This document shows positions 8,822 through 18,259 of a stretch of DNA of 37,656 bases, piece after piece. Origin of the DNA: an uncultured Rhizobium sp. (GTDB lineage: Bacteria > Pseudomonadota > Alphaproteobacteria > SHVZ01); contig CAZZLX010000003.1 of the NCBI GenBank assembly GCA_964655235.1, positions 1 to 37,656 on the forward strand. The letters are read 5' to 3'. Position 1 is the stretch's first letter; each line of letters opens with the position of its first letter. The notes beneath the pieces are model-generated. The model searched no databases, was not told the DNA's origin, and saw nothing but the letters and a program-made list of their open reading frames with translations. The translations under genes and the position numbers were made by a program.

Positions 8822-10960
8822 CTATGCCGCGCGGACCGTCATGAGGAAGCGGTCAACCTCGCTGCGAAGAGCATCGGCCTGCTTGGAGAAGGCGCCTGCC
8901 GAGCCCAGCACCTGGCTCGCCGCGTTACCTGTCTTTTCCGCCGCTTCCGTGACCCCGGCGATGTTGGACGACACCTCGCCGGTACCCTGAGCCGCCTGCT
9001 GCACGTTGCGGGCGATCTCCTGGGTCGCCGCACCCTGCTCTCCGACCGCCGATGCGATCGCGTTCGATATCCCGCTGATCTCTTCGATGGTCTTGCGGAT
9101 CGAGGCGATCACATCGACCGTGCCTTTGGTCGCGCCCTGGATCTGGCCGATGCGATTGCCGATGTCGTCGGTCGCCTTCGCCGTCTGAGTGGCGAGGTTC
9201 TTGACCTCGGCGGCGACCACGGCGAAGCCCTTCCCGGCTTCACCGGCTCGCGCCGCCTCGATGGTGGCGTTCAGCGCCAGCATGTTGGTCTGGGACGCGA
9301 TATCGCTGATCAGCATCACGACCTCGCCGATCTTCTGGGCTTCGCGCGCCAGGGCTTCGACCGTGACATTGGCCCGGCCGGCTTCGTCCACGGCACGTTC
9401 GGCGATCCGCGAGGACTCCGGTACCTGTCGGCTGATCTCGTTGATCGACGCCGAAAGTTCCTCGGTCGCCGAGGCCACCGTCTGTACGTTGGTCGAAGCC
9501 TGCTCGGAGGCGGCTGCAACAGCTGTCGACTGCCGGCTGGCCTGCTCCGCCGTCGAGGACAGTCCGTCCGCCGCGGTCAGGAGGTCCGCTGCGGCGGTCG
9601 AGACGGTCCCCACGATGTTTCCGACCGACTTTTCGAAGTCCAGGACGCTCGCCTCGATGGTCTTGCCGCGATCGATCTGGCGCTGCTGCTCGACCTGTCG
9701 CGAAGCGCGAAGCCGCTCGGCCTCGATCATGTTCTCCTTGAACACCTGGAGCGCCGTCGCCATCAGCCCGATCTCGTTGCGGCGGTCGCGCTCCGGCACC
9801 TCGGTTGCGAGCGCGCCCGAGGAGAGCTGCTGCATGGCCGCGGTGATCGCGCCCAGGGGTCGCGTGATGGCTCGGCCCATCGCCCAGGCGGAGACCGCGA
9901 TCAGGAATGCCGAAAGCGCGATCGCGACCTCCATCCAGAAGGCCACCCGGTTGGCGACGACATTGATCACGTCGTCCGAGACGCGCACCAGCACGGACCA
10001 CCCGAGACCGGGATAGTCGTAGGCGCCGGTGGTGTGGGCATACCCCGCCGCCTGCTCCAGCTTCTTGCGCGAGTTGACCGAGAGCATGACGCCACGGCCG
10101 CCTTCGTGCGCGGCCACGGCCGCCTCGACCTTGCTTTCGACGAGATTGAGCTTGCCGATAACCGCCGGATCGCGGGTATAGACGGCGCCCGAGGCGGCGG
10201 GATCGTAGTCGACGAGCACACGGCCGTCGGCATCGAGTACCGTGATCTCGGCAGACGCCAAACCACGGTCGGCGAGGGAGCGGTGGAACGTGGCCACGAT
10301 CTCTTCGACCAGCCCGAAATCCGCGAAGTTGACCCAGGCGCCGACGAGATCGCCGGCGCCGTTCTTCACCTGCGCGGCGAAGGTGATGACGTATCCGTCG
10401 GTGCCGTAGAGCTTCGCCACCAGGTCGCTGGCGACCGGCTGTTCGACGACGGTGCCGGTAAATCCATTGGCGCCTTGAAGGAACTCGCCGGCCATCACCT
10501 TCTTGAACCAGGTCGCATCCGCGAAGGTGATGTCGTAGAGCCAGGACGTGTCCAGCGCCTTGCCGGTCGAGGCGACGCTGTTGACCGCCAGCACCCGGCC
10601 CTCCGGGTCCACGAGCATCATCAGCCGGTACAGGCCATAGTTGGTCATGTAGGCGTTCATGGCCGCGATCAGCGGGTTGTCCGCCGATGGGTTGCGCCAG
10701 TTTTCGGCCGACCACGCGGCGGTGTTGGCGCCGAACGCCTGGACGTCGCCGTAGCGCTCGAAGAGGTTGCAGTCGACGACATCGCCGAGCGCAATGGCCG
10801 TGTCCTTGATCGGGGCGCGGTAGGCCGTCTCGATCGGGCCCTTGAACCAGAAGAAGACGCAGATCAGGCATACCGCCGGCACGATGCCGAACAGCAGGAA
10901 GGTCCCGATCATGCGCGTCTGGATGCTTTCGAGGCTGGAAATCCGCTGAGAGCGGGTCAT
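8822..10960 (-). CDS. Methyl-accepting chemotaxis protein (dCache-like sensor, HAMP, signalling domain)
   Basis: Two TM helices, HAMP (RRNEIGLMATAL), and hairpin [30 protein letters not shown]. Start is 10960 (AAAGGA RBS) or 10978. Confidence 0.92.
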   Translation of the reverse strand: MTRSQRISSLESIQTRMIGTFLLFGIVPAVCLICVFFWFKGPIETAYRAPIKDTAIALGDVVDCNLFERYGDVQAFGANTAAWSAENWRNPSADNPLIAAMNAYMTNYGLYRLMMLVDPEGRVLAVNSVASTGKALDTSWLYDITFADATWFKKVMAGEFLQGANGFTGTVVEQPVASDLVAKLYGTDGYVITFAAQVKNGAGDLVGAWVNFADFGLVEEIVATFHRSLADRGLASAEITVLDADGRVLVDYDPAASGAVYTRDPAVIGKLNLVESKVEAAVAAHEGGRGVMLSVNSRKKLEQAAGYAHTTGAYDYPGLGWSVLVRVSDDVINVVANRVAFWMEVAIALSAFLIAVSAWAMGRAITRPLGAITAAMQQLSSGALATEVPERDRRNEIGLMATALQVFKENMIEAERLRASRQVEQQRQIDRGKTIEASVLDFEKSVGNIVGTVSTAAADLLTAADGLSSTAEQASRQSTAVAAASEQASTNVQTVASATEELSASINEISRQVPESSRIAERAVDEAGRANVTVEALAREAQKIGEVVMLISDIASQTNMLALNATIEAARAGEAGKGFAVVAAEVKNLATQTAKATDDIGNRIGQIQGATKGTVDVIASIRKTIEEISGISNAIASAVGEQGAATQEIARNVQQAAQGTGEVSSNIAGVTEAAEKTGNAASQVLGSAGAFSKQADALRSEVDRFLMTVRAA

Positions 10961-11049
10961 GGTCTGGTCCTTTCCCATCTTGGAGGGACCTTAGGCGGCA
11001 GCGTCTATCGCGTGCCTTGTACTAAAGTAGGAGGTCGCACGATCGGCCG

Positions 11050-11178
11050 CTACTCGCCCGCCAGCAGGTTCAGCAGCACCACGACCAGGGCAACCGCCAG
11101 CATGGCGATCATCGGCATCGCGACCGCGATGCCGATGACGACGAACATCTGGATCTGCTTGGGGGACAGCTTCGGCAC
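11050..11178 (-). CDS. Small hydrophobic protein (42 aa)
   Basis: GTG start just after the SDR stop. MPKLSPKQIQ is followed by about 30 hydrophobic residues. Confidence 0.45.
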   Translation of the reverse strand: MPKLSPKQIQMFVVIGIAVAMPMIAMLAVALVVVLLNLLAGE

Positions 11179-11192
11179 CGCCGTCGATGTCC

Positions 11193-12008
11193 TCACGCCG
11201 GCCAGAGCTGGCCGCCGCCGTCGACGCGAAGCGTCTGACCGGTGACGAAGGCGCCGGCGGGGCCGGCGAAGATCGCGACGGTGCGCGCGACCTCGTCGAC
11301 CGTGGCGACGCGGTCGAGCGTGCCCTCGGTCACCATGCGCTTCGGATCGTTGCCCTGGCCGGTGCCGATGAAGCGGCCGGTACGGGTGCCGCCCGGCGCG
11401 ATCGAGTTGACGGTCACGTCGTAGGGCCGGAGCTGGGACGCGAGGCAGCGCGTGTAGTGCACCACGCCGGCCTTGGCGGTGGCATAGATCGAGCCGTGGT
11501 CGCGACCGATGAAGGCGGCGATCGAGCTCAAGGTGACGATGCGGCCGCGCCGGCGCTGCATCATACCGGGCGCCACCTGCTGGCACATGAAGATGGTGGA
11601 GAGCAGGTTGCGGTCGATCACGGCGCGCACGTCCTCTTCCTTGATGTGAACGCAGTCGTTCGGGTTCGGCTTGCCGCCGGCCGCGGCGATGTCGCCGCCG
11701 GCGTTGTGCACCAGGATGTCGATGGGGCCCAGTGCCTTCTCGGTCTCGGATACGACGCGGGCGCAGTCCTCCATCTTCGAGAGGTCGCCCAGCAGGCGCA
11801 CGGTCTTCACGCCGAAGTCCTTGGCCACGGCCTCGGCCGTGGCCGTCAGCGTCGTTCCCTCGCCATACTCGGCAGGCCCGTTCTCGCGCATGCCGTGGAT
11901 GCCGATCGAGGCACCCATCTTCGCCAGCGTCTCGGCGAAGGCGCGGCCGAGGCCGCGGCCGGCACCCGTGACCAGGGCGACCTGGCCCTTCAGCAGCTGC
12001 TCGGTCAT
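11193..12008 (-). CDS. SDR family oxidoreductase
   Basis: TGAGRGLG, HNAG, catalytic YATAK, and VTGQTLRVDGG. Confidence 0.92.
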   Translation of the reverse strand: MTEQLLKGQVALVTGAGRGLGRAFAETLAKMGASIGIHGMRENGPAEYGEGTTLTATAEAVAKDFGVKTVRLLGDLSKMEDCARVVSETEKALGPIDILVHNAGGDIAAAGGKPNPNDCVHIKEEDVRAVIDRNLLSTIFMCQQVAPGMMQRRRGRIVTLSSIAAFIGRDHGSIYATAKAGVVHYTRCLASQLRPYDVTVNSIAPGGTRTGRFIGTGQGNDPKRMVTEGTLDRVATVDEVARTVAIFAGPAGAFVTGQTLRVDGGGQLWPA

Positions 12009-12012
12009 CTGA

Positions 12013-12312
12013 TCAGGCCGGGTTCAGGATGTGGATGGCGCGGTTGGCGACCATGTCCTTCACCTTGGCGCCATAGGCCGCCATGTGCGGGGCGGCGGCA
12101 TGGGCCTTGAGGTCGTCCGCCGTCGCCCACTTCTCGACGACGACGAAGGTGTCTGGACCGAACTTGGCGGGCGAGGTCTCGGTGTCGACCACCGGCCCGT
12201 ACTCGATGCAGCCCTTCTCGGCATGCACGGCCGGCATGTTGGCGCGGAACATCTCGAGCACCTTGGCCCGCATACCGGGCTTGGTGGTGATGATGGCGAG
12301 GACGTGGATCAC
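12013..12312 (-). CDS. ABM-family putative quinol monooxygenase (YgiN-like)
   Basis: GGAGG RBS and GTG start. IHVLAIITTKPG...EKGCIEYGP...VVEKW...LKAHAAAPHM. Confidence 0.85.
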   Translation of the reverse strand: MIHVLAIITTKPGMRAKVLEMFRANMPAVHAEKGCIEYGPVVDTETSPAKFGPDTFVVVEKWATADDLKAHAAAPHMAAYGAKVKDMVANRAIHILNPA

Positions 12313-12403
12313 TTCTGGGTTTCCTCCCGGTTGAACGCCGGTTGACCGTACCCGATCGCGGGACGACTCTGACAGCGCTCTCGCGCCTCCAAGGAACGCC
12401 CCT

Positions 12404-13612
12404 ATGAACGACGCCGCCCCGACGCCGACGCTGATGAACGGCTTCCCGCCAGCGCCCGACGGACAGGTGACCCTGGCCAACTGGCGGACCGGGCCGTTCA
12501 ACAAATGGGCGTTCCAGCACGTCCGCGAGATCGTGCCCTCGGCCGACATCGCCAACGACCCGGACAATGTCTGGCGGCTGCCCTCGGCGCCGGTGGACCT
12601 TGCCGGGTTGAGGATCGATGGCGACATGGACGTGCACCGGTTCCTGGTCGCGACCGACACCGACGGGATCGTGATCCTGCATCGCGGCCGCATCGTCGCC
12701 GAGGCCTATGCCAACGGCATGACCTACGCGACGCCGCACATCCTCATGTCGGTCTCGAAGTCGATGCTGGGGATGCTTTCGGGCATCCTTGCGGCTACGG
12801 GCAAGCTCGATCTCGATGCACCCGTGGCGTCGCTGGTACCCGAGGTCGGCGGCACCGCATACAAGGGCGCCACATTGCGCCAGCTCCTCGACATGCGCGC
12901 CGGCATCCTCTTCGACGAGAACTACCTCGCCACGTCCGGCCCGATCATCGCCTATCGCAAGTCGACCAACTGGAATCCGCTGGAACCGGGCGAAAGGCCG
13001 ACCGATCTCCGCAGCTTCTATCCGCAGCTCGTCCAGAGCGACGGGCCGCATGGCGGGCGATTCCATTATGTCTCGCCCAATACGGATCTCCTCGGCTGGG
13101 CGATCGAGCGGGCCACCGGCGAGCGTTACGCCGACGTGATGAGCCGGCTCGTATGGCAGCCGCTCGGCGCCGAGCGCAGCGCCTACATCACCGTCGATCG
13201 CTTAGGCGCCCCCCGCTGCGCCGGCGGCTTCTGCGCGACGGCGCGCGACCTCGCCCGCGTCGGCCAGCTCCTGGTCCAGGGCGGCCGGCGCGGAGCCAGG
13301 CAGGTCGTGCCGGAGTCCTGGATCGACGATCTGGTGGAGAAGGGCGACCGCGCCGCCTGGGACCAGGGCGACTTCCTCAGCTACTACCCGGGCCTGCCGA
13401 TCAGCTACCGCTCGAAGTGGTACGTGCTGCACGGGCCTTCACCGATGCTGTTCGGCCTCGGCGTCAACGGCCAGAACCTCTTCGTCGACCGCGAGAACGA
13501 GATCGTCGTCGCCAAGTTCTCTTCCCAGGCGATGCCGATGGACGAGGCCCGCATCATGCTGACCATGCGCGCGGTCGATCGGATCCGCGCGTTCCTGATG
13601 ACGGCTCAGTAG
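12404..13612 (+). CDS. Serine hydrolase, beta-lactamase fold, NylB (6-aminohexanoate-dimer hydrolase)-like
   Basis: SxxK motif (MSVSKS), FHYVSPNTDLLGW, GVNGQ, and an N-terminal TLANWRTGPFNKWAF segment. Confidence 0.85.
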   Translation: MNDAAPTPTLMNGFPPAPDGQVTLANWRTGPFNKWAFQHVREIVPSADIANDPDNVWRLPSAPVDLAGLRIDGDMDVHRFLVATDTDGIVILHRGRIVAEAYANGMTYATPHILMSVSKSMLGMLSGILAATGKLDLDAPVASLVPEVGGTAYKGATLRQLLDMRAGILFDENYLATSGPIIAYRKSTNWNPLEPGERPTDLRSFYPQLVQSDGPHGGRFHYVSPNTDLLGWAIERATGERYADVMSRLVWQPLGAERSAYITVDRLGAPRCAGGFCATARDLARVGQLLVQGGRRGARQVVPESWIDDLVEKGDRAAWDQGDFLSYYPGLPISYRSKWYVLHGPSPMLFGLGVNGQNLFVDRENEIVVAKFSSQAMPMDEARIMLTMRAVDRIRAFLMTAQ

Positions 13613-14508
13613 GCGATCGGCGTCGCGTGCCAGCCTTCGGCGCGCTTCTTCCAGAAGGTCTCGCGCAAGCGCGATGAGATCGGGCCGGGCCGGTCGTTGC
13701 CCATGATGCGGCCGTCGATGCGAGAGGCCGGCATGATGCCGCCGGCGGTAGTGGCGAGGAAGATCTCGTCGGCATCCTTGAGCTCGTCCACCGGCAGCTT
13801 CCGGATCTGGAAGGGGATACCGAGCTCGGCGCAGAGCTCCTTCACCGACAGCCGCGTGATGCCTTCGAGCGATCCGTGGTCGGATGTCGCGACCGCCCCG
13901 CCGGTGATGCTGAAGACGTTGTAGCCCGGCCCTTCGGTGACGAAGCCCTTTCCGTCCGAGAGCACGCAGTTGTCGGCGCCCTGGTCGTGCGCCTCGAACA
14001 GGCCGCGCGTGAGGTCGCCCCAGTGGAAGTTCTTCACCTTGGGATCGACGGACTCATCGGCGATGCGCGGGGTCTTCGCGACGATCAGATGCGCGCCTCT
14101 GGCCTGCATCTCGGGCGACATCACCCACACCCAGGGGATCGCGAAGGCGACGATGTAGTTGCGGCAGTTAACCGGATGCCGAGGCAGCCCCGGCTTCGGC
14201 TTACCCCGCAGGCAGTCCATCGCGACATAGGCCTCGCGGAGTCCGGTGCGCCGCACGCATTCGGTCAGCACCTTGCGGATCTCGTCGTCGGATTCCGGCG
14301 GGTCGAGCCGGATCGACTTCATCGAGGCTCGGAAGCGTCTGATGTGGTCGTCGAGGCGGAAGAACGCCCCGCCCCAGACGCTGACGACGTCGTAGGTGAC
14401 GTCGGAGCGGCGGTAGCCGAAGTCGGTGACGGGGATCGCCGCCTCGGCGATCGGCATGTAGCGGCCGTCGACATAGGCGCAGCCGTCAGGGAGGAGGGAT
14501 GTTTCCAT
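13606..14508 (-). CDS. PLP-dependent fold-type IV aminotransferase, (R)-amine transaminase-like
   Basis: GYRRSDVTYDV, VKNFHWGDL, EGPGYN, LEGITR and TTAGG motifs. Confidence 0.88.
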   Translation of the reverse strand: METSLLPDGCAYVDGRYMPIAEAAIPVTDFGYRRSDVTYDVVSVWGGAFFRLDDHIRRFRASMKSIRLDPPESDDEIRKVLTECVRRTGLREAYVAMDCLRGKPKPGLPRHPVNCRNYIVAFAIPWVWVMSPEMQARGAHLIVAKTPRIADESVDPKVKNFHWGDLTRGLFEAHDQGADNCVLSDGKGFVTEGPGYNVFSITGGAVATSDHGSLEGITRLSVKELCAELGIPFQIRKLPVDELKDADEIFLATTAGGIMPASRIDGRIMGNDRPGPISSRLRETFWKKRAEGWHATPIAY

Positions 14509-14517
14509 CCCTCTAGC

Positions 14518-16218
14518 TTACTTGAATCCGCCGGCCTTCATAAGGTGATGGCACTGCAGGATGATCTTCTTCTGCTCGTTCGGGTCGGATGTGCCGGCGA
14601 TCAGCTCGACCTCGAAGTTCGGGCGGCGGAGATGGTTCACCACCGCCTTGCGGGCGACCGAGACTGCCTTGCCGTCCGGCAGCACGTCTGGCATGCACAT
14701 CTGCATCAAGAGGAAGGCGCGGGTGTGCAGCTTCCAGGCGGGGTTGTCCATCTGCTCGACGATCTTGCCCTTCACCACGTACTCGAAGAGCAGGGCGTCG
14801 AGCTGCCGGGTGATCGCCTGCGCGGATTCCGGCGGCAGGCCGACGCAGCCCTCGACCGCGCGGTAGAGGCTGGTCACTGCGCGCATGTGGTCCATCGGGC
14901 TGCCGGGGCCGCCGACCAGCTGGGCCACGTCGGTGATGCCGCCGATCAGGGATTCCAGATGCGTCGCCGGCACGTCCTCGAGCGTGGCCGCGATGCGGCT
15001 GTTGAGGATCGCGACGAGGTAATGCGCGTTGGCGAGCGGCGAGGGGCCGCGGCGGAGCACCCAGACCACGCCTTCGCGCTGGCCGACGGCGCCGCCGATG
15101 TTGAGGATCACGGTCGCACGCGACACCAGCGCTTCCGCCATGCCGATGCCGCCGGCTACACCCGTGTCGAGCAGCACGCGGTCGATGATCTCGCAGAAGC
15201 GCTCGATCTCGGCGCCGGTGTCGTTCTTCGACAGCGGGTTCGTGGTACGCAGCTCCGAGCGTACGCGCTCAAGCAGGAAGTCGCGGCTCGCCGGAAGACG
15301 CCCGGTCTTCATCAGCTTGCACAGCATCTCTTCGAGACCCGCCATCTCGGGCGACTGGCCCTTGCCGGGCTTGTACTCGCCGTCGGCGATGTCGATCAGC
15401 TTGAGCAGCGCGGCAGCGAGGTTCGGCGGCGTGCCCAGGATGTCGGCGATCATCGAGCCGCTGGCGAGCGTGTCGGAGACGAAGTCGTCGAGCAGCATGA
15501 GTCCGGCGGACTCTTTCGACGTGTTGCTCCACTCCAGAACCTGGGTGAGCTTGCCGTACCAGGAGCGGGTCTGGGTCAGCTCCCGGGTGAAGACGGTGCG
15601 GAGCAGGAACTTGAGCTCCTCCGGCTTTGCCGTCTTCATCACGAATTTCACCGCCTCGTCGAAGCCGACCTCGCGGATGTTCGGCAGCTTCAGCTTGTCG
15701 GCCTCGTTGGCGCGCTTGCTGATGCCGTTGACCATGCTCCAGAGCGCGTCGCCGCGCTTCTTGGCGTCCTGTCCCTCCGCCCCCTTCTGTACGCGGGCGA
15801 CGCGGTCGATCGCGGTCTGCACGATGGACTCGAAGTCCATCACGCGCTTCATCTCGCGGCCGTTGTGCATGATCTCGGTCGGCGTCAGCAGCGCCTTGTC
15901 GAGATATTGGCGGAAGAGGCGGTTCACGATCTTGCGGCTCTGCGGCCCGTAGAGATCGTCGGGCGCGGCGCAGACCGGCGCCTCCTCGATCTGCGGCACG
16001 ACGAGCGGCTGCTTGGTCTGGGGCTTCTTCTGCTCGAACAGGACCTTCTCGCTGGCGCTGTCGAGCACCACGCGAATCGCCTCGATGTCCTTGAGCTTGT
16101 TGAGGAGGGCCTTGGCGGCGACCTCGGCCTCGGCCGGATCGTTGGACGTCTGCTCGATCGTCCAGCGGCCTTTGCGAGATGCCTGGATCTCGTACGTCTT
16201 CTGGCGGAAAAGAAACAC
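14518..16218 (-). CDS. Hypothetical protein (566 aa, apparently soluble and helical)
   Basis: Long ORF with host codon usage, GGGGG RBS and GTG start. It has a partial paralogue at 18928-19810. I recognise no domain. Confidence 0.85.
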   Translation of the reverse strand: MFLFRQKTYEIQASRKGRWTIEQTSNDPAEAEVAAKALLNKLKDIEAIRVVLDSASEKVLFEQKKPQTKQPLVVPQIEEAPVCAAPDDLYGPQSRKIVNRLFRQYLDKALLTPTEIMHNGREMKRVMDFESIVQTAIDRVARVQKGAEGQDAKKRGDALWSMVNGISKRANEADKLKLPNIREVGFDEAVKFVMKTAKPEELKFLLRTVFTRELTQTRSWYGKLTQVLEWSNTSKESAGLMLLDDFVSDTLASGSMIADILGTPPNLAAALLKLIDIADGEYKPGKGQSPEMAGLEEMLCKLMKTGRLPASRDFLLERVRSELRTTNPLSKNDTGAEIERFCEIIDRVLLDTGVAGGIGMAEALVSRATVILNIGGAVGQREGVVWVLRRGPSPLANAHYLVAILNSRIAATLEDVPATHLESLIGGITDVAQLVGGPGSPMDHMRAVTSLYRAVEGCVGLPPESAQAITRQLDALLFEYVVKGKIVEQMDNPAWKLHTRAFLLMQMCMPDVLPDGKAVSVARKAVVNHLRRPNFEVELIAGTSDPNEQKKIILQCHHLMKAGGFK

Positions 16219-16441
16219 GTATTTCCCCCTTCGGCCACGTTCTGCGGCCTATCCCCAACCCGGCGTCTATCTACGCCGACACCCCGGCTGGCGCGGGGTA
16301 CTCGGTTACTTTGCCTCGAAGATTTGGGGAAAACACCTTGAAAATAAAAACAATTTTCCAGAATTACGCCAAGCATTCATTCATTAACGCTATAGGCGCC
16401 GCTAAACGAAGTGGAGATCCGGCTTTCGCGGCCCGGGCCGG

Positions 16442-18259
16442 TTAGCCGCAAAATCGATCGAGGGCAACCTCGACCTCCGCGACGACGCTGGCCCAGTCCT
16501 CGGCCACGGGCTGGCGGAAGAGACGCATCGGCGGATACCAGGGGCTCGCCGCGCCCTGCTCGTGCCAGCGCCAGTCCGGCGCGTGATGCAGAAGAAGGAA
16601 GGTCGGCCGCCCGAGCGCGCCCGCGAGATGGGCAAGCGCGGTGTCGGACGTGACGACGAGGTCGAGGCCTTCGAGGCAGGCGGCGGTGTCCGCGAAGTCG
16701 GCGAAGTCCGGCCCGAGGTTCGTCAGGTTCGGATGGCGATGCGCCGGCGCCGCGTCGCGCACGAGACCGACGAAGGGGCGGCGATCGAGAAGCGGGCGCA
16801 CCGCATCGAACCCCGGCGAGCGCTCGAGGTCGCGCCGGAAGGTCGGATTGCCTTGCCAGCAGAGGCCGATCCGGGGCGCGGGCAGTGCCGCGATCCGATC
16901 CGCCCAGCGCGTGCGACGCGCCGCAGGAGCCGCCAGATAGGGAACCTCGGCCGGGATCGTTTCGACACGTGTGCCGCAGAGATGGGGAAGGCTCATCACC
17001 GGCGCCTGGACGTCGATGTCGGGCAGGCGCTCGCCGCGGCGGACGATCGCGACGCCGAGGCTCATGAAGAGATCGGCGAGCGGCGCCGGCGCCTCGACCG
17101 TCACGCGAAGCCCGCGTGCGGCGAGGATCGGCGCGTAGCGGACGAAGTTCAGTGCGTCGCCGAAGCCCTGCTCGGACCAGAGCAGCAATCGAAGTCCCGC
17201 CTCGATCCGCCCGTTCCATCGCGGCCACGGGAGATCGCGGCCGTTCGCGGCGACGAAGTCCGTAAGCTGCCAGCGGCTCTCCATCAGGGGCAGGCCGGCC
17301 GCGTAATCGCCCTGTGCCGCCAGCGCCTGGCCCAGCTCCCACGCCGCCGCAGGGTCGGCGCCGATCGCCAAACGGCGGCGTGCGATGCGGATCGTGCGGT
17401 CGCGACGGCCGAGGCCGAAGCTCGCCGTCGCATGGTCGCTCAGGATCTCGCCGTCGGCCGGCGTCAGTGCCGTCGCCGCGCGCAGGTCGCGGTCGGCGGG
17501 CGCGAACCGGCAGGCATCGGCGAACGCTTTCGCCCGGCCGCGGCGCGCCGGCAGGCAATCCCGGTCGACGGCGAGCGCGCGCGTATACCCTCTCGCCGCG
17601 GCGTCGCCGTTGCCGATGGCATCGGCCAGCGCGGCGAACGGCAGGAGCGTCGCGAGATCGCCCGGCGCGAGCGCCATGGCGGACCGGGCGTGGCGTCTCG
17701 CCGCGATCGGTTGGCTCGAGGCATGCGCGGCCTTCACCAGGGAGACCTGCAGCACCGGATCGTCGCGCCGAAGCCGCGCGGCGCGTGTCAGCCAGCGTTC
17801 CGCCTCGAGCGGCTTGCCCTGGCCCAGCAGCACGGCGCCGAGATTTCCAAGCACGGTGCCGTCGCCCGGCATCCGGGCCAGCGACCGGCGGTAGCTTGCG
17901 CCGGCGATGTCCAGGCGTCCGACGGCGACGGCGGTCGCGGCCTGCACGAGGCGGAGATTGTCGTCGTCGCTGCGCTCGAGCGTGCATCTCAGATGATGCA
18001 GCAGGCGCTGCTTGTCGCCGGCCGCATCCGCCAGCGCCATCGCGTTGTTGCGAAGCAGGGTCGAGGCCGGATCGATCGCGAGCGCACGTTCGGCGGGACC
18101 GAGCGCGGCCTTCGGCAGGCCGGCGGCAACGAGGGGAGCCGCCAGCGTGATCCAGGCGTCCGCGTCGGCCGGCGCTTCGACCAGCCGGCGGCGGAGCAGT
18201 CGCGAGGCGCCGGCCGCGTCGCCCCGCTGCAGCGCGTCGAGGGCGGCGCGGAGGCTCAT
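16442..18259 (-). CDS. TPR-repeat protein with C-terminal GT9-like glycosyltransferase domain
   Basis: Ala/Leu-rich TPR repeats, then EQGFGDALNFVRY, LDLVVTSDTALAHLAGALG, DWRW and SPWYP. ATGA overlap with DUF938. Confidence 0.88.
   Translation of the reverse strand: MSLRAALDALQRGDAAGASRLLRRRLVEAPADADAWITLAAPLVAAGLPKAALGPAERALAIDPASTLLRNNAMALADAAGDKQRLLHHLRCTLERSDDDNLRLVQAATAVAVGRLDIAGASYRRSLARMPGDGTVLGNLGAVLLGQGKPLEAERWLTRAARLRRDDPVLQVSLVKAAHASSQPIAARRHARSAMALAPGDLATLLPFAALADAIGNGDAAARGYTRALAVDRDCLPARRGRAKAFADACRFAPADRDLRAATALTPADGEILSDHATASFGLGRRDRTIRIARRRLAIGADPAAAWELGQALAAQGDYAAGLPLMESRWQLTDFVAANGRDLPWPRWNGRIEAGLRLLLWSEQGFGDALNFVRYAPILAARGLRVTVEAPAPLADLFMSLGVAIVRRGERLPDIDVQAPVMSLPHLCGTRVETIPAEVPYLAAPAARRTRWADRIAALPAPRIGLCWQGNPTFRRDLERSPGFDAVRPLLDRRPFVGLVRDAAPAHRHPNLTNLGPDFADFADTAACLEGLDLVVTSDTALAHLAGALGRPTFLLLHHAPDWRWHEQGAASPWYPPMRLFRQPVAEDWASVVAEVEVALDRFCG

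Noticed and set aside
8822-10960. Odd residues in the first MCP (Pro in RQVPESS coiled coil) as a sign of decay
   Set aside because: The frame and signalling hairpin are intact, and this cannot be judged without an alignment.
11001-16271. Shared GCGTCTATC 9-mer upstream of the first MCP (11001) and the 566-aa gene (16263)
   Set aside because: It is short, the flanks differ, and chance or a generic -10 element could explain it.
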